From Bacteroidota bacterium (lineage in GTDB: Bacteria; Bacteroidota; Ignavibacteria; UBA10030; UBA6906), in NCBI GenBank assembly GCA_041483995.1, contig JBGPGQ010000002.1, positions 1 to 32,359 of the forward strand: a stretch of 32,359 nucleotides of DNA, in the 5' to 3' direction. The position numbers were made by a program, and so were the translations under genes. Of the stretch, positions 18,708 through 26,285 are shown piece by piece; position 1 is the stretch's first letter; each line of letters opens with the position of its first letter. A model generated the notes under the pieces. The model did not search any database. It saw only the letters and a list, made by a program, of their open reading frames with translations, and was not told the origin of the DNA.

Positions 18708-20647
18708 TGACAGATTCTAAACCTTCCCAAGCACTTGACCTGTTAGAGACAGCGCTCAAGAGGCAACAGAAGAAAACAGAAAAGAAAAAGTTCAACTATT
18801 CTGTCCCATCGCTGTGGCTTTCTGGAACCGGCACGCCGAAAAGAGAGAAAGTCAACCCATTCACTTTTTATCTGGACGTAATTAGAAAAGCGAAAAGTTC
18901 CAAACCGCCAGGACGGGGGCAACCGACAAGGGGCGAATGGACGAAAGATGCCATCATCTATAATATGTTTGTGAGGACAACGGCTGCGTTCGATCACGAC
19001 GGCAATGGGAAACTCGACTTGCCCTTGAACTCTGACGGGTTCAGAGAAACAGGAACGTTCCTCAAGGCCATTGCTATGCTGCCATACATTAAGAAGTTGG
19101 GAGCGAACACAATTCATCTTTTGCCTATCACGTCGATTGGGCATGATGGGAACAAGGGAACGCTCGGATCTCCCTATGCAATTCGCAACGCGTACGAACT
19201 CGACGAAAACCAGAGCGAGCCTTGTCTCGGGCTGGACGCCAAAACGGAATTCAAAGCGTTTGTTGAAGCTGCTCATAGGATGGGTTGTCGGGTTGTTGTT
19301 GAGTTCGTGTTTCGCACTGCTGCGAAGGATGCGGACTGGGTAAAGGAACATCCAGAGTGGTTCTACTGGATCAAAGAGGAAATCCAGCTCCGCGATCCTC
19401 GACACTCGGATGAATCAAAGTATGGTTCACCCATTTTCGCGAAAGAGGAGCTCGACTGGATCCATCACCATGTCCGCGAACATAAGTTTGACAACCTTAT
19501 TCCTCCGCATCCGATATACAAGGATTTTTTTACATCACCACCCTCTCCGAATTCGGTAACAAAACAAGAGGGACGTTACGTCGGCTCTCTACCCGGTGGT
19601 ACGTTGGTGAAAATTCCCGGAGCGTTTGCCGACTGGCCGCCTGATGACAACCAGCCTCCGTGGGGCGATGTAACGTATCTGCGAATGTATATTCATCCCG
19701 ACTTTAACTATATCGCATACAACACCATTCGAATGTATGATACCCGGTACGCCCAGTCGCAGAATATCAATGTACCCCTCTGGGAAAAAATCATAGGGAT
19801 TATTCCGTACTATCAACATGAATTTCATATTGATGGCGTCATGATAGATATGGGACACGCCCTACCCATGGATCTGAAGCGGGCAATGGTAAACTCAGCT
19901 CGCACTATCGACCCGGATTTTGCATTCTGGGATGAAAACTTTTCCATTACTCCCAAAAGCAGGGAGGAGGGATATAACGCTGTATTTGGATTTCTCTGGG
20001 TCGATGAGCATCATCCATCGCGTATGAAATCATTCATCAGGCGTGCTTCAACAGAAGGCTTCCCGATTCCATTTTTTGCCACGTCCGAAAATCACAACAC
20101 GCCACGCGCCGCCGCCCGGCCGGGCGGCTTGAGGTATGCGAAGTGGTCGCTCGTCATTAACAGTTTTCTTCCGGGTGTTCCATTCATCCATTCAGGTTTT
20201 GAAATTGCCGAGAAATACCCCATTAACACGGGACTCGATTTCACAAAGGAAGAACTAGAGCACCTTCCATCCGAGAAGCTGCCGCTCTTCAGTGAGTACG
20301 CGTACGACTGGCTCAACAAGGACCAGTTCGCGGGTTTGGTAGCAAAGGTACTGGCTGTCAGAGCGAAGTATGCAGTCATCATAGTGGACCCAAGCCCCCA
20401 GTCGTTTGTCTTATTACATGATCACAACGATCGCGTGCTTGCTTTTGCCCGCGTTGCTGACAATCCCCCAAAGCGGATCGCAGTCGTTGGGAACACAAAC
20501 TTCAGTTCCATCGAGCAGACGACCTTGAGGGTAGACACAACAGCCGATCATGTGTCAGACCTTATCGGTGACGCACAACTTGCAGTGAAAGACAGTCACA
20601 TCCATCTGGCCCTTGAACCAGGTCAATGTGTTGTGTTTGAGTATTGA
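18707..20647 (+). CDS. Cytoplasmic GH13-clan protein of the GlgE/Thermotoga-maltosyltransferase-like type, with non-canonical catalytic motifs
   Basis: The start was chosen at the ATG overlapping the upstream stop (TAATG at 18705-18709), giving MTDSKPS..., with no signal peptide. GlgE-like signatures LLPITSIGHDGNKGTLGSPYAIRN and VVEFVFRTAAKDADWVKEHPEWF. Region II-like HIDGVMIDMGHA, region III-like FWDENF, region IV-like SENHNTPR. Confidence 0.6.
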   Translation: MTDSKPSQALDLLETALKRQQKKTEKKKFNYSVPSLWLSGTGTPKREKVNPFTFYLDVIRKAKSSKPPGRGQPTRGEWTKDAIIYNMFVRTTAAFDHDGNGKLDLPLNSDGFRETGTFLKAIAMLPYIKKLGANTIHLLPITSIGHDGNKGTLGSPYAIRNAYELDENQSEPCLGLDAKTEFKAFVEAAHRMGCRVVVEFVFRTAAKDADWVKEHPEWFYWIKEEIQLRDPRHSDESKYGSPIFAKEELDWIHHHVREHKFDNLIPPHPIYKDFFTSPPSPNSVTKQEGRYVGSLPGGTLVKIPGAFADWPPDDNQPPWGDVTYLRMYIHPDFNYIAYNTIRMYDTRYAQSQNINVPLWEKIIGIIPYYQHEFHIDGVMIDMGHALPMDLKRAMVNSARTIDPDFAFWDENFSITPKSREEGYNAVFGFLWVDEHHPSRMKSFIRRASTEGFPIPFFATSENHNTPRAAARPGGLRYAKWSLVINSFLPGVPFIHSGFEIAEKYPINTGLDFTKEELEHLPSEKLPLFSEYAYDWLNKDQFAGLVAKVLAVRAKYAVIIVDPSPQSFVLLHDHNDRVLAFARVADNPPKRIAVVGNTNFSSIEQTTLRVDTTADHVSDLIGDAQLAVKDSHIHLALEPGQCVVFEY

Positions 20648-20655
20648 TTCTCTCA

Positions 20656-21891
20656 ATGCGAAACGAATTTTACAAGCTGCTTACAATCATATTGACGTGC
20701 CTGCTGATTGCGGGTTGCCAACAGAAGCATGATCCCAATCGCATTGTCATCTGGCATCAAATGCGTGTTGATGAAAGACTCATACTCGAAGATCAGCTCA
20801 AACGTTTCATGGCTGCAAATCCCGGTGTTACTGTCGATGCGATTTACAAGGAAACAGAGGAACTGCGGTCAGGTTTCATTGTTGCCGCGATCGCAGGACA
20901 GGGACCCGACCTTGTCTATGGGCCGTCAGATATGGTCGGGCCATTCGAAGTAATGGGAATCATCCAGCCACTGGAAGGAATGTTCGACAAAGAGTATCTT
21001 GGCACGTTCATTCCGAAAGGATTAACGTACTATCATGACCATCTGTATCAGATTGCCGACAAGCTTGGCAACCACTTGACGCTTGTTTATAACCGTGCAA
21101 TGGTCTCCGTTCCTCCGCAGACGGATACGGAATTGATCGAGATGGGATTGAAACTGACGAAAGATATCAACGGCGATGGCAAAACCGACATATACGGACT
21201 GACGTGGAATTACACCGAGCCGTTCTTTTTTGTTCCGTTCATGACCGGCTTTGGTGGATGGGTGATGACTGAAAGCGGTGAACCAACGCTGAACACTCCA
21301 GGGACAATCAACGGCCTTAAATTTATCCAAGACCTGCGGGATAAGTACAAGATTATTCCCAATGAAGCTGACTACAATATTGCCGATGCGTTGTTTAAGG
21401 ACGGGAAGAGCGCCATGATCATCAATGGCGATTGGTCATGGGCGGGTTACAGGAAAGCCGGCATCAATATCGGTGTTGCCCCGCTGCCGAAGATTACCAG
21501 TACAGGGCTCTGGTGTTCACCGATGATTTCGCCCAAAGGTTTCTCGATGGATGTAAATGTTGGGTCCGAGAAGAGGCCGCTTGTCGTCAAGCTACTGAAA
21601 TTCCTGATGGAGCCGGAGATGCAGCTCGAAACAGCCAAAACACTTGGCACGATGCCAACACGTGTTGCAGCAGTACGATCAGACTTCGTACAAAATGATG
21701 ATGTTCTCAAGAACTCTGCGCTGCAAATCGAACGTGGCCGGCCGATGCCTGTCGTTCCTGAACTTCGGGCAATCTGGGATTCGATGCGCCCCAGTTACCA
21801 GGCTGTTCTTGGCGGGGCGAAATCTCCCGAACAGGCAGCCAGGGATATGCAGGAGCTTGCAATCCGAAAAATCAAGGAACTAAACGAGTAG
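20656..21891 (+). CDS. ABC transporter substrate-binding lipoprotein, maltose/maltodextrin-binding (MalE-like, CUT1 family)
   Basis: The ATG at 20656 gives MRNEFYKLLTIILTCLLIAGC (lipobox LIAGC). Overall MalE-like pattern: IWHQM..., GPDLVYGPSD, MIINGDWSWAGY, GVAPLPK. Confidence 0.8.
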   Translation: MRNEFYKLLTIILTCLLIAGCQQKHDPNRIVIWHQMRVDERLILEDQLKRFMAANPGVTVDAIYKETEELRSGFIVAAIAGQGPDLVYGPSDMVGPFEVMGIIQPLEGMFDKEYLGTFIPKGLTYYHDHLYQIADKLGNHLTLVYNRAMVSVPPQTDTELIEMGLKLTKDINGDGKTDIYGLTWNYTEPFFFVPFMTGFGGWVMTESGEPTLNTPGTINGLKFIQDLRDKYKIIPNEADYNIADALFKDGKSAMIINGDWSWAGYRKAGINIGVAPLPKITSTGLWCSPMISPKGFSMDVNVGSEKRPLVVKLLKFLMEPEMQLETAKTLGTMPTRVAAVRSDFVQNDDVLKNSALQIERGRPMPVVPELRAIWDSMRPSYQAVLGGAKSPEQAARDMQELAIRKIKELNE

Positions 21892-21921
21892 AAACCCTGA
21901 CGCCAACGATTCGATGAACCA

Positions 21922-22818
21922 ATGAACCGCACGCAACATAAGTTCTTTATTGCCTTCCTCGCCGTCCCATCGTTCCTCATTCTTCTTGCGGTGGTCTTTT
22001 ACCCGTTTGTGTACAACCTGGTCATATCGTTTTCCAATATGAATCTCCGTCACATCAAGGACTGGAGATTCGTTGGACTGCTACAGTATATCAAGGTGTT
22101 TACGGAGCCGACGCAACCGGATTTCTATGCCGTGTTTCTGAAGACGATTATTTGGACTGTGGTGAACCTGACCTTCCACGTTTTTATAGGTGTGTTTCTC
22201 GCGTTGCTGTTGAACCAGAAGGATATCAAGGGGAGGCCGATCTTCCGTACGCTCTTGATCTTGCCTTGGGCGATTCCTCAGTACATCGTTGCGTTGACCT
22301 GGCGTGGGATGTTCAATTCTGAATATGGGTCGATCAATCTTATCATCACCAAGTATCTCAACCTGCCGGCAGTTGACTGGTTGAAAAGTCCAACAGAGGC
22401 ATTTCTCGCCTGCATACTAACAAACGTCTGGCTTGGATTTCCGTTTATGATGGTGATTGCACTTGGCGCGCTTCAAAGCATACCGCAGGAGTTATACGAG
22501 GCTGCAGACATCGACGGTGCATCATGGTGGCACAAACTCACAAAAATCACTCTTCCCCTTCTCCGCCCGGTCATGATTCCTGCCATTACGCTTGGCACGG
22601 TCTGGACATTCAACAACCTGAACATCGTGTGGCTCGTAAGCAACGCCGGTGAGCCATCCGACCAGACGCATATACTTGTGTCGTTTGTGTATAAGGCGGC
22701 ATTCAACATGTACCGGTATGGTTATGCAGCGGCGCTCTCGATGGTTATTTTTGTCATTCTGTTGATGTTCAGTTTGTTCTTTATGAAGAAAACAAAGGCA
22801 ACAGAATCGGCATATTAA
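21922..22818 (+). CDS. Sugar ABC transporter permease (MalF-like, CUT1)
   Basis: Multiple TM segments. EAA-loop region ELYEAADIDGASWWHKLTKITLPLLRP. Confidence 0.85.
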   Translation: MNRTQHKFFIAFLAVPSFLILLAVVFYPFVYNLVISFSNMNLRHIKDWRFVGLLQYIKVFTEPTQPDFYAVFLKTIIWTVVNLTFHVFIGVFLALLLNQKDIKGRPIFRTLLILPWAIPQYIVALTWRGMFNSEYGSINLIITKYLNLPAVDWLKSPTEAFLACILTNVWLGFPFMMVIALGALQSIPQELYEAADIDGASWWHKLTKITLPLLRPVMIPAITLGTVWTFNNLNIVWLVSNAGEPSDQTHILVSFVYKAAFNMYRYGYAAALSMVIFVILLMFSLFFMKKTKATESAY

Positions 22819-22864
22819 CAATGACCAATAGGCGGACTTCTCACTCCATAAACTTCACAAACTC

Positions 22865-23698
22865 ATGATCTCCAAAAGGTTTCTCAGACTTTTCTTTACC
22901 TATCTCACTCTCATCGTATTCGCGGCGATAGCGGTGTATCCGATTCTGCAGGTCGTTACCATTTCACTCAGACCATCGGATCGGTTGCTCTCCACGTCGT
23001 TGGAGATCATCCCGGAAAATGCCACGTTCAGAAATTATGTTGAGCTTTTCACTGAACGGCCGTTTCTCTCCTGGATGAAAAACAGCATACTCGTTTCACT
23101 TGTTGTCACATTGACGGGCGTCGTTCTTGCTGCGATGGCGGGTTATGCCTTCTCGCGGTTTAGCTTTATCGGAAAGAAAATCGGAATGCTAAGCTTGCTG
23201 ACGACCCAGATGTTCCCGGCTACGATGCTGCTTCTGCCTCTGTACGTCATGCTTATCAAACTGGGTTTGATCAATACGTATTTTGGCGTTATCATCATTT
23301 ATGCAGCTACGGCGCTGCCATTCACCATCTGGACGATGAAGGGATATTACGACACGATTCCGTACAGTCTGGAAGAAGCTGCGCGCATTGATGGCTGTAA
23401 CCAGTTCCAGGCGTTCTACAAGGTTATCCTGCCTCTTGCTACTCCCGCACTTGTCATCACCGCGCTCTTTTCGTTCATGACTGCCTGGGCTGAGTATCTT
23501 GTCGCAGCCCAAATCCTTCAAGACTCCGCGCTCTGGACGCTGCCGCTCGGGCTTAAGTCGTTCGAATCAAATATGTCGACAGAGTGGGGACTGTACGGAG
23601 CCTCTTCGATCGTCGTTACAATCCCGGTGGTGATTCTCTTCCTCGCGCTAAGCAAGTACCTCGTGTCCGGGTTGACGCTGGGGAGTGTGAAGGGTTAG
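22865..23698 (+). CDS. Sugar ABC transporter permease (MalG-like, CUT1)
   Basis: Multiple TM segments. EAA loop LEEAARIDGCNQFQAFYKVILPLATP. Confidence 0.85.
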   Translation: MISKRFLRLFFTYLTLIVFAAIAVYPILQVVTISLRPSDRLLSTSLEIIPENATFRNYVELFTERPFLSWMKNSILVSLVVTLTGVVLAAMAGYAFSRFSFIGKKIGMLSLLTTQMFPATMLLLPLYVMLIKLGLINTYFGVIIIYAATALPFTIWTMKGYYDTIPYSLEEAARIDGCNQFQAFYKVILPLATPALVITALFSFMTAWAEYLVAAQILQDSALWTLPLGLKSFESNMSTEWGLYGASSIVVTIPVVILFLALSKYLVSGLTLGSVKG

Positions 23699-24753
23699 GA
23701 CTCAGGATAAGTTTTTCCCTTTTCCAGCACCAAGAGTTTCTGCTTGCGCCAGAGTCCTCCTCCGTAACCTCCAAGTTTGCCGCTCTTGTTGACCACGCGG
23801 TGACACGGGATGACGATGGCAATTCGGTTCAGGCCGTTTGCGTGTCCGACCGCTCTCTGCGCTGTTGGTGATCCAATGCGACGGGCAATATCTTCGTACG
23901 AAACCGTTTTTCCGTAAGGAATTCGGAGCAACTCCTTCCAGACACTTTGTTGAAACGGTGTGCCGGGATACACCAGCGGGACTGAGAATCGTTTGAGCGA
24001 ACCGCTAAAATATGTATCGATCTCTTTTTTGAGCTGTCTGATGTGGGGGTTCTCGCCGGGAACAATGGCGCACGCAAAGTGGCGTCGGAGGACCGCAAAT
24101 TGTGTGTCAAGCATTCGCCGGTCCGTGAATTCCAGCAAACAGATACCGTCCGATGTTGCGCCTGCAACAAGTGGTCCGAGCGGAGTCTCGACCCACGCAG
24201 TCACAATGCAATCGGCAGTGCGGCTGCGGCCTGGTGATTTTCCAAACGTGCGAACGAAGGCGTCACGGAATCCGCTGTGGGAGTTGTATCCGTACCCCAG
24301 CGCTACATCGTCAAGATCGACGCCGAGGCGGATCTGCTCGAGCGATTTTCCCAATCGCCGCCCGCGGCAATACGCCTGAAAGGTCATACCGTATTTCCTG
24401 TGGAAATACCGCCGCGCACGCGCAGGGTCAATCCCAATTGAGCGAAGAAAACCATCCGAATACCGCGCAGTTGGATCACGCTCTACTCGCTCAATAAGTG
24501 TTGTGATCCACGCTGGTGGCGTCTCCTGCGACACCATAGGGTGACATCGTTTGCACGGCCGGAACCCCGCGAAGATAGCCTCGCGAGCGCTCGAGTAGTA
24601 CTGGACATTACGCGGATCGGGCTTGCGGGCTGGACAGGAGGGACGGCAGAAAATGCCGGTCGAGCGGACGGCGAGAAAAAAAATACTGTCATACGATGTA
24701 TCGCGGGTCTTGTATGCCCGCTCCATTTCTTTTGCTGGAGGAAGTTCTACCAT
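23695..24753 (-). CDS. ada: Bifunctional Ada-type protein: a methylphosphotriester-repair Zn domain, an AraC-type HTH regulator and an O6-methylguanine-DNA methyltransferase
   Basis: N-terminal VRSTGIFCRPSCPARKP...GFRPCKRCHP (Ada Zn-binding domain). AraC HTH region ...GYNSHSGFRDAFVRTFGKSPGR. C-terminal MGMT active site IPCHRVV. About 352 aa, close in size to E. coli Ada. Confidence 0.85.
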   Translation of the reverse strand: MVELPPAKEMERAYKTRDTSYDSIFFLAVRSTGIFCRPSCPARKPDPRNVQYYSSAREAIFAGFRPCKRCHPMVSQETPPAWITTLIERVERDPTARYSDGFLRSIGIDPARARRYFHRKYGMTFQAYCRGRRLGKSLEQIRLGVDLDDVALGYGYNSHSGFRDAFVRTFGKSPGRSRTADCIVTAWVETPLGPLVAGATSDGICLLEFTDRRMLDTQFAVLRRHFACAIVPGENPHIRQLKKEIDTYFSGSLKRFSVPLVYPGTPFQQSVWKELLRIPYGKTVSYEDIARRIGSPTAQRAVGHANGLNRIAIVIPCHRVVNKSGKLGGYGGGLWRKQKLLVLEKGKTYPES

Positions 24754-24886
24754 ACGGTTACCTTAAGGTCTTGTGAGTCAAATTGTGCTGAGGACAAGAT
24801 AGTAGGTGAACCGCATTGCTTCCACCGAAAATTGAACGCCGAAATTATTCTTCACGCAAACGACCAAGAAATCTCACAGGTGCTTC

Positions 24887-25525
24887 TCATTTTCCCGCAG
24901 ATAATACATTATCTTTTACCAGTTCCGGAATGATGAGATTGACGATCTCGTTATTTACCGCCGTACTGGAACCCGGATCCAGAACCTGACCGGTACCTGA
25001 CCATATCATCCGGCCGCCATCTTTTGTCGTCCATACGTTTACTTCATGTTGAACGATCCTTGTACTATCTGTATAGCCAGGATGGTACTCCTCTTCATAG
25101 TGCAGGAAGTACTCGCGTTGTAACTGGCTATAATGGTAGACTGGTTTTGTTGTTGTATATCCGGGAACGTAGGTTGAATTCTTTTCGGCTGCAAGTCTGC
25201 TGACGACGAGCACTCCATCGAAGTTCTTGTCCTTCACTGCTTCGACCACCTGATTTGTATCGGGGAGCTCGGTGGGAAACAGGCGATACGATGGCGTAAC
25301 TGTGACGTTGTGCCTTGCCAGTTCGACGGAAAAGCCATCCTCCCAGATTCGCCGCCTCGTCGCGTCCTTCTTTACGGCAATCACGAGGATATTGGTCATC
25401 GGTCCCGAGTTGTAAGAGGTATCTCGCCACACATTTGAGAGGCGTGTCGACGTGCAGGAAAAGAAAATCATCGCAGCAATGAAAGGCGCCAGGGATAGTA
25501 ATCTGTTTCGGTAGAACTCATCCAT
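24887..25525 (-). CDS. Hypothetical lipoprotein (possibly DUF4136-like)
   Basis: Signal peptide with a lipobox-like MIFFSC. No catalytic motifs recognised. Confidence 0.5.
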   Translation of the reverse strand: MDEFYRNRLLSLAPFIAAMIFFSCTSTRLSNVWRDTSYNSGPMTNILVIAVKKDATRRRIWEDGFSVELARHNVTVTPSYRLFPTELPDTNQVVEAVKDKNFDGVLVVSRLAAEKNSTYVPGYTTTKPVYHYSQLQREYFLHYEEEYHPGYTDSTRIVQHEVNVWTTKDGGRMIWSGTGQVLDPGSSTAVNNEIVNLIIPELVKDNVLSAGK

Positions 25526-25645
25526 GTGTTATCCTCCTGAGTTGATGGTGGCGGTGGTAATCTGTCAATTTTTTCACAGACAAGCAAAGCTATATGTGGG
25601 GCTCATGTTGTATGAATCCACTGTTTGTTCATTCTGCTATAGAGA

Positions 25646-26275
25646 CTATTCAAGGTACAACCCGCCGGTTCCTTCCATCCAGTCTGCAATCCTTTCAACA
25701 ACGGCAGGCACATTGTTATCGGAAATATCCACAGTCAGGGTGGGAAGCAAAGATTTGCCAACCAATGTTTTTATGAGATTCTGTTCATCTACAAATAGCT
25801 GGAGGTTATCATATTGGGAGGGCTTGCCGGATACTTTGAGTCGTTCGTTTCGAGCAGCCTCAAAGGATTCCGGAGTTCTTGTGCAGAAAATAAGTCGGAA
25901 ACCGAGCGGGAACAACTTCTCTTCAAGCCATTTGAAATTGTAGTGCTTCCCGTGCACGCTCTGTTGATATGCTTGTGTAGAGATATGAAATCGATCTATG
26001 ATCCAGGAGTAGTATCGTTGTAGTTCAAACAGTCGAACCCAGGTCTGATACGTTTCAATTGCTAGGGCCTCTTCAGAAGGTTCATAATTGATGAGACCCC
26101 GACCCCAGGGAAAGTTCGTGAAGGCGCACCACTCGGCTGAAATAAGGGGAGAGTGGTACCGATATTTCCTTGGTCCAACGATTCGGGGGTGCTCGTTCAG
26201 CGCAAAGGCGATATCGGTCTTAAATGTTAGCCTCGTCCCTTCTAAGATTACTTTTGGGCAGAGTTTGGATGGCAT
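25646..26275 (-). CDS. Thymidylate-kinase/deoxynucleoside-kinase-fold protein with a degenerate P-loop
   Basis: VILEGTRLTFKTD aligns to E. coli Tmk IVIEGLEGAGKTT. IIDRFHISTQAYQ aligns to IGDRHDLSTQAYQ. LIFCTRTPESFEAAR aligns to LYLDVTPEVGLKRAR. Starts 10 nt downstream of the GDE-like gene on the same strand. Confidence 0.6.
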   Translation of the reverse strand: MPSKLCPKVILEGTRLTFKTDIAFALNEHPRIVGPRKYRYHSPLISAEWCAFTNFPWGRGLINYEPSEEALAIETYQTWVRLFELQRYYSWIIDRFHISTQAYQQSVHGKHYNFKWLEEKLFPLGFRLIFCTRTPESFEAARNERLKVSGKPSQYDNLQLFVDEQNLIKTLVGKSLLPTLTVDISDNNVPAVVERIADWMEGTGGLYLE

Positions 26276-26285
26276 GTTGGCTCAG

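Noticed and set aside
24672-24682. A8 homopolymer (T8 on the coding strand) inside ada, considered as a possible slipped-strand phase-variation tract.
   Set aside because: The tract is short and lies in frame, encoding I-F-F. There is no evidence of a frameshift. Similar T7 runs occur elsewhere (for example near 12366), so it is probably just compositional.
25526-25645. Weak hairpin (TCTGTCaattttttCACAGA) between the TMK-like gene and the lipoprotein gene, considered as a terminator.
   Set aside because: It has only about 5 complementary bp and the T-run sits in the loop rather than after the stem on the relevant (minus) strand. That is not convincing.
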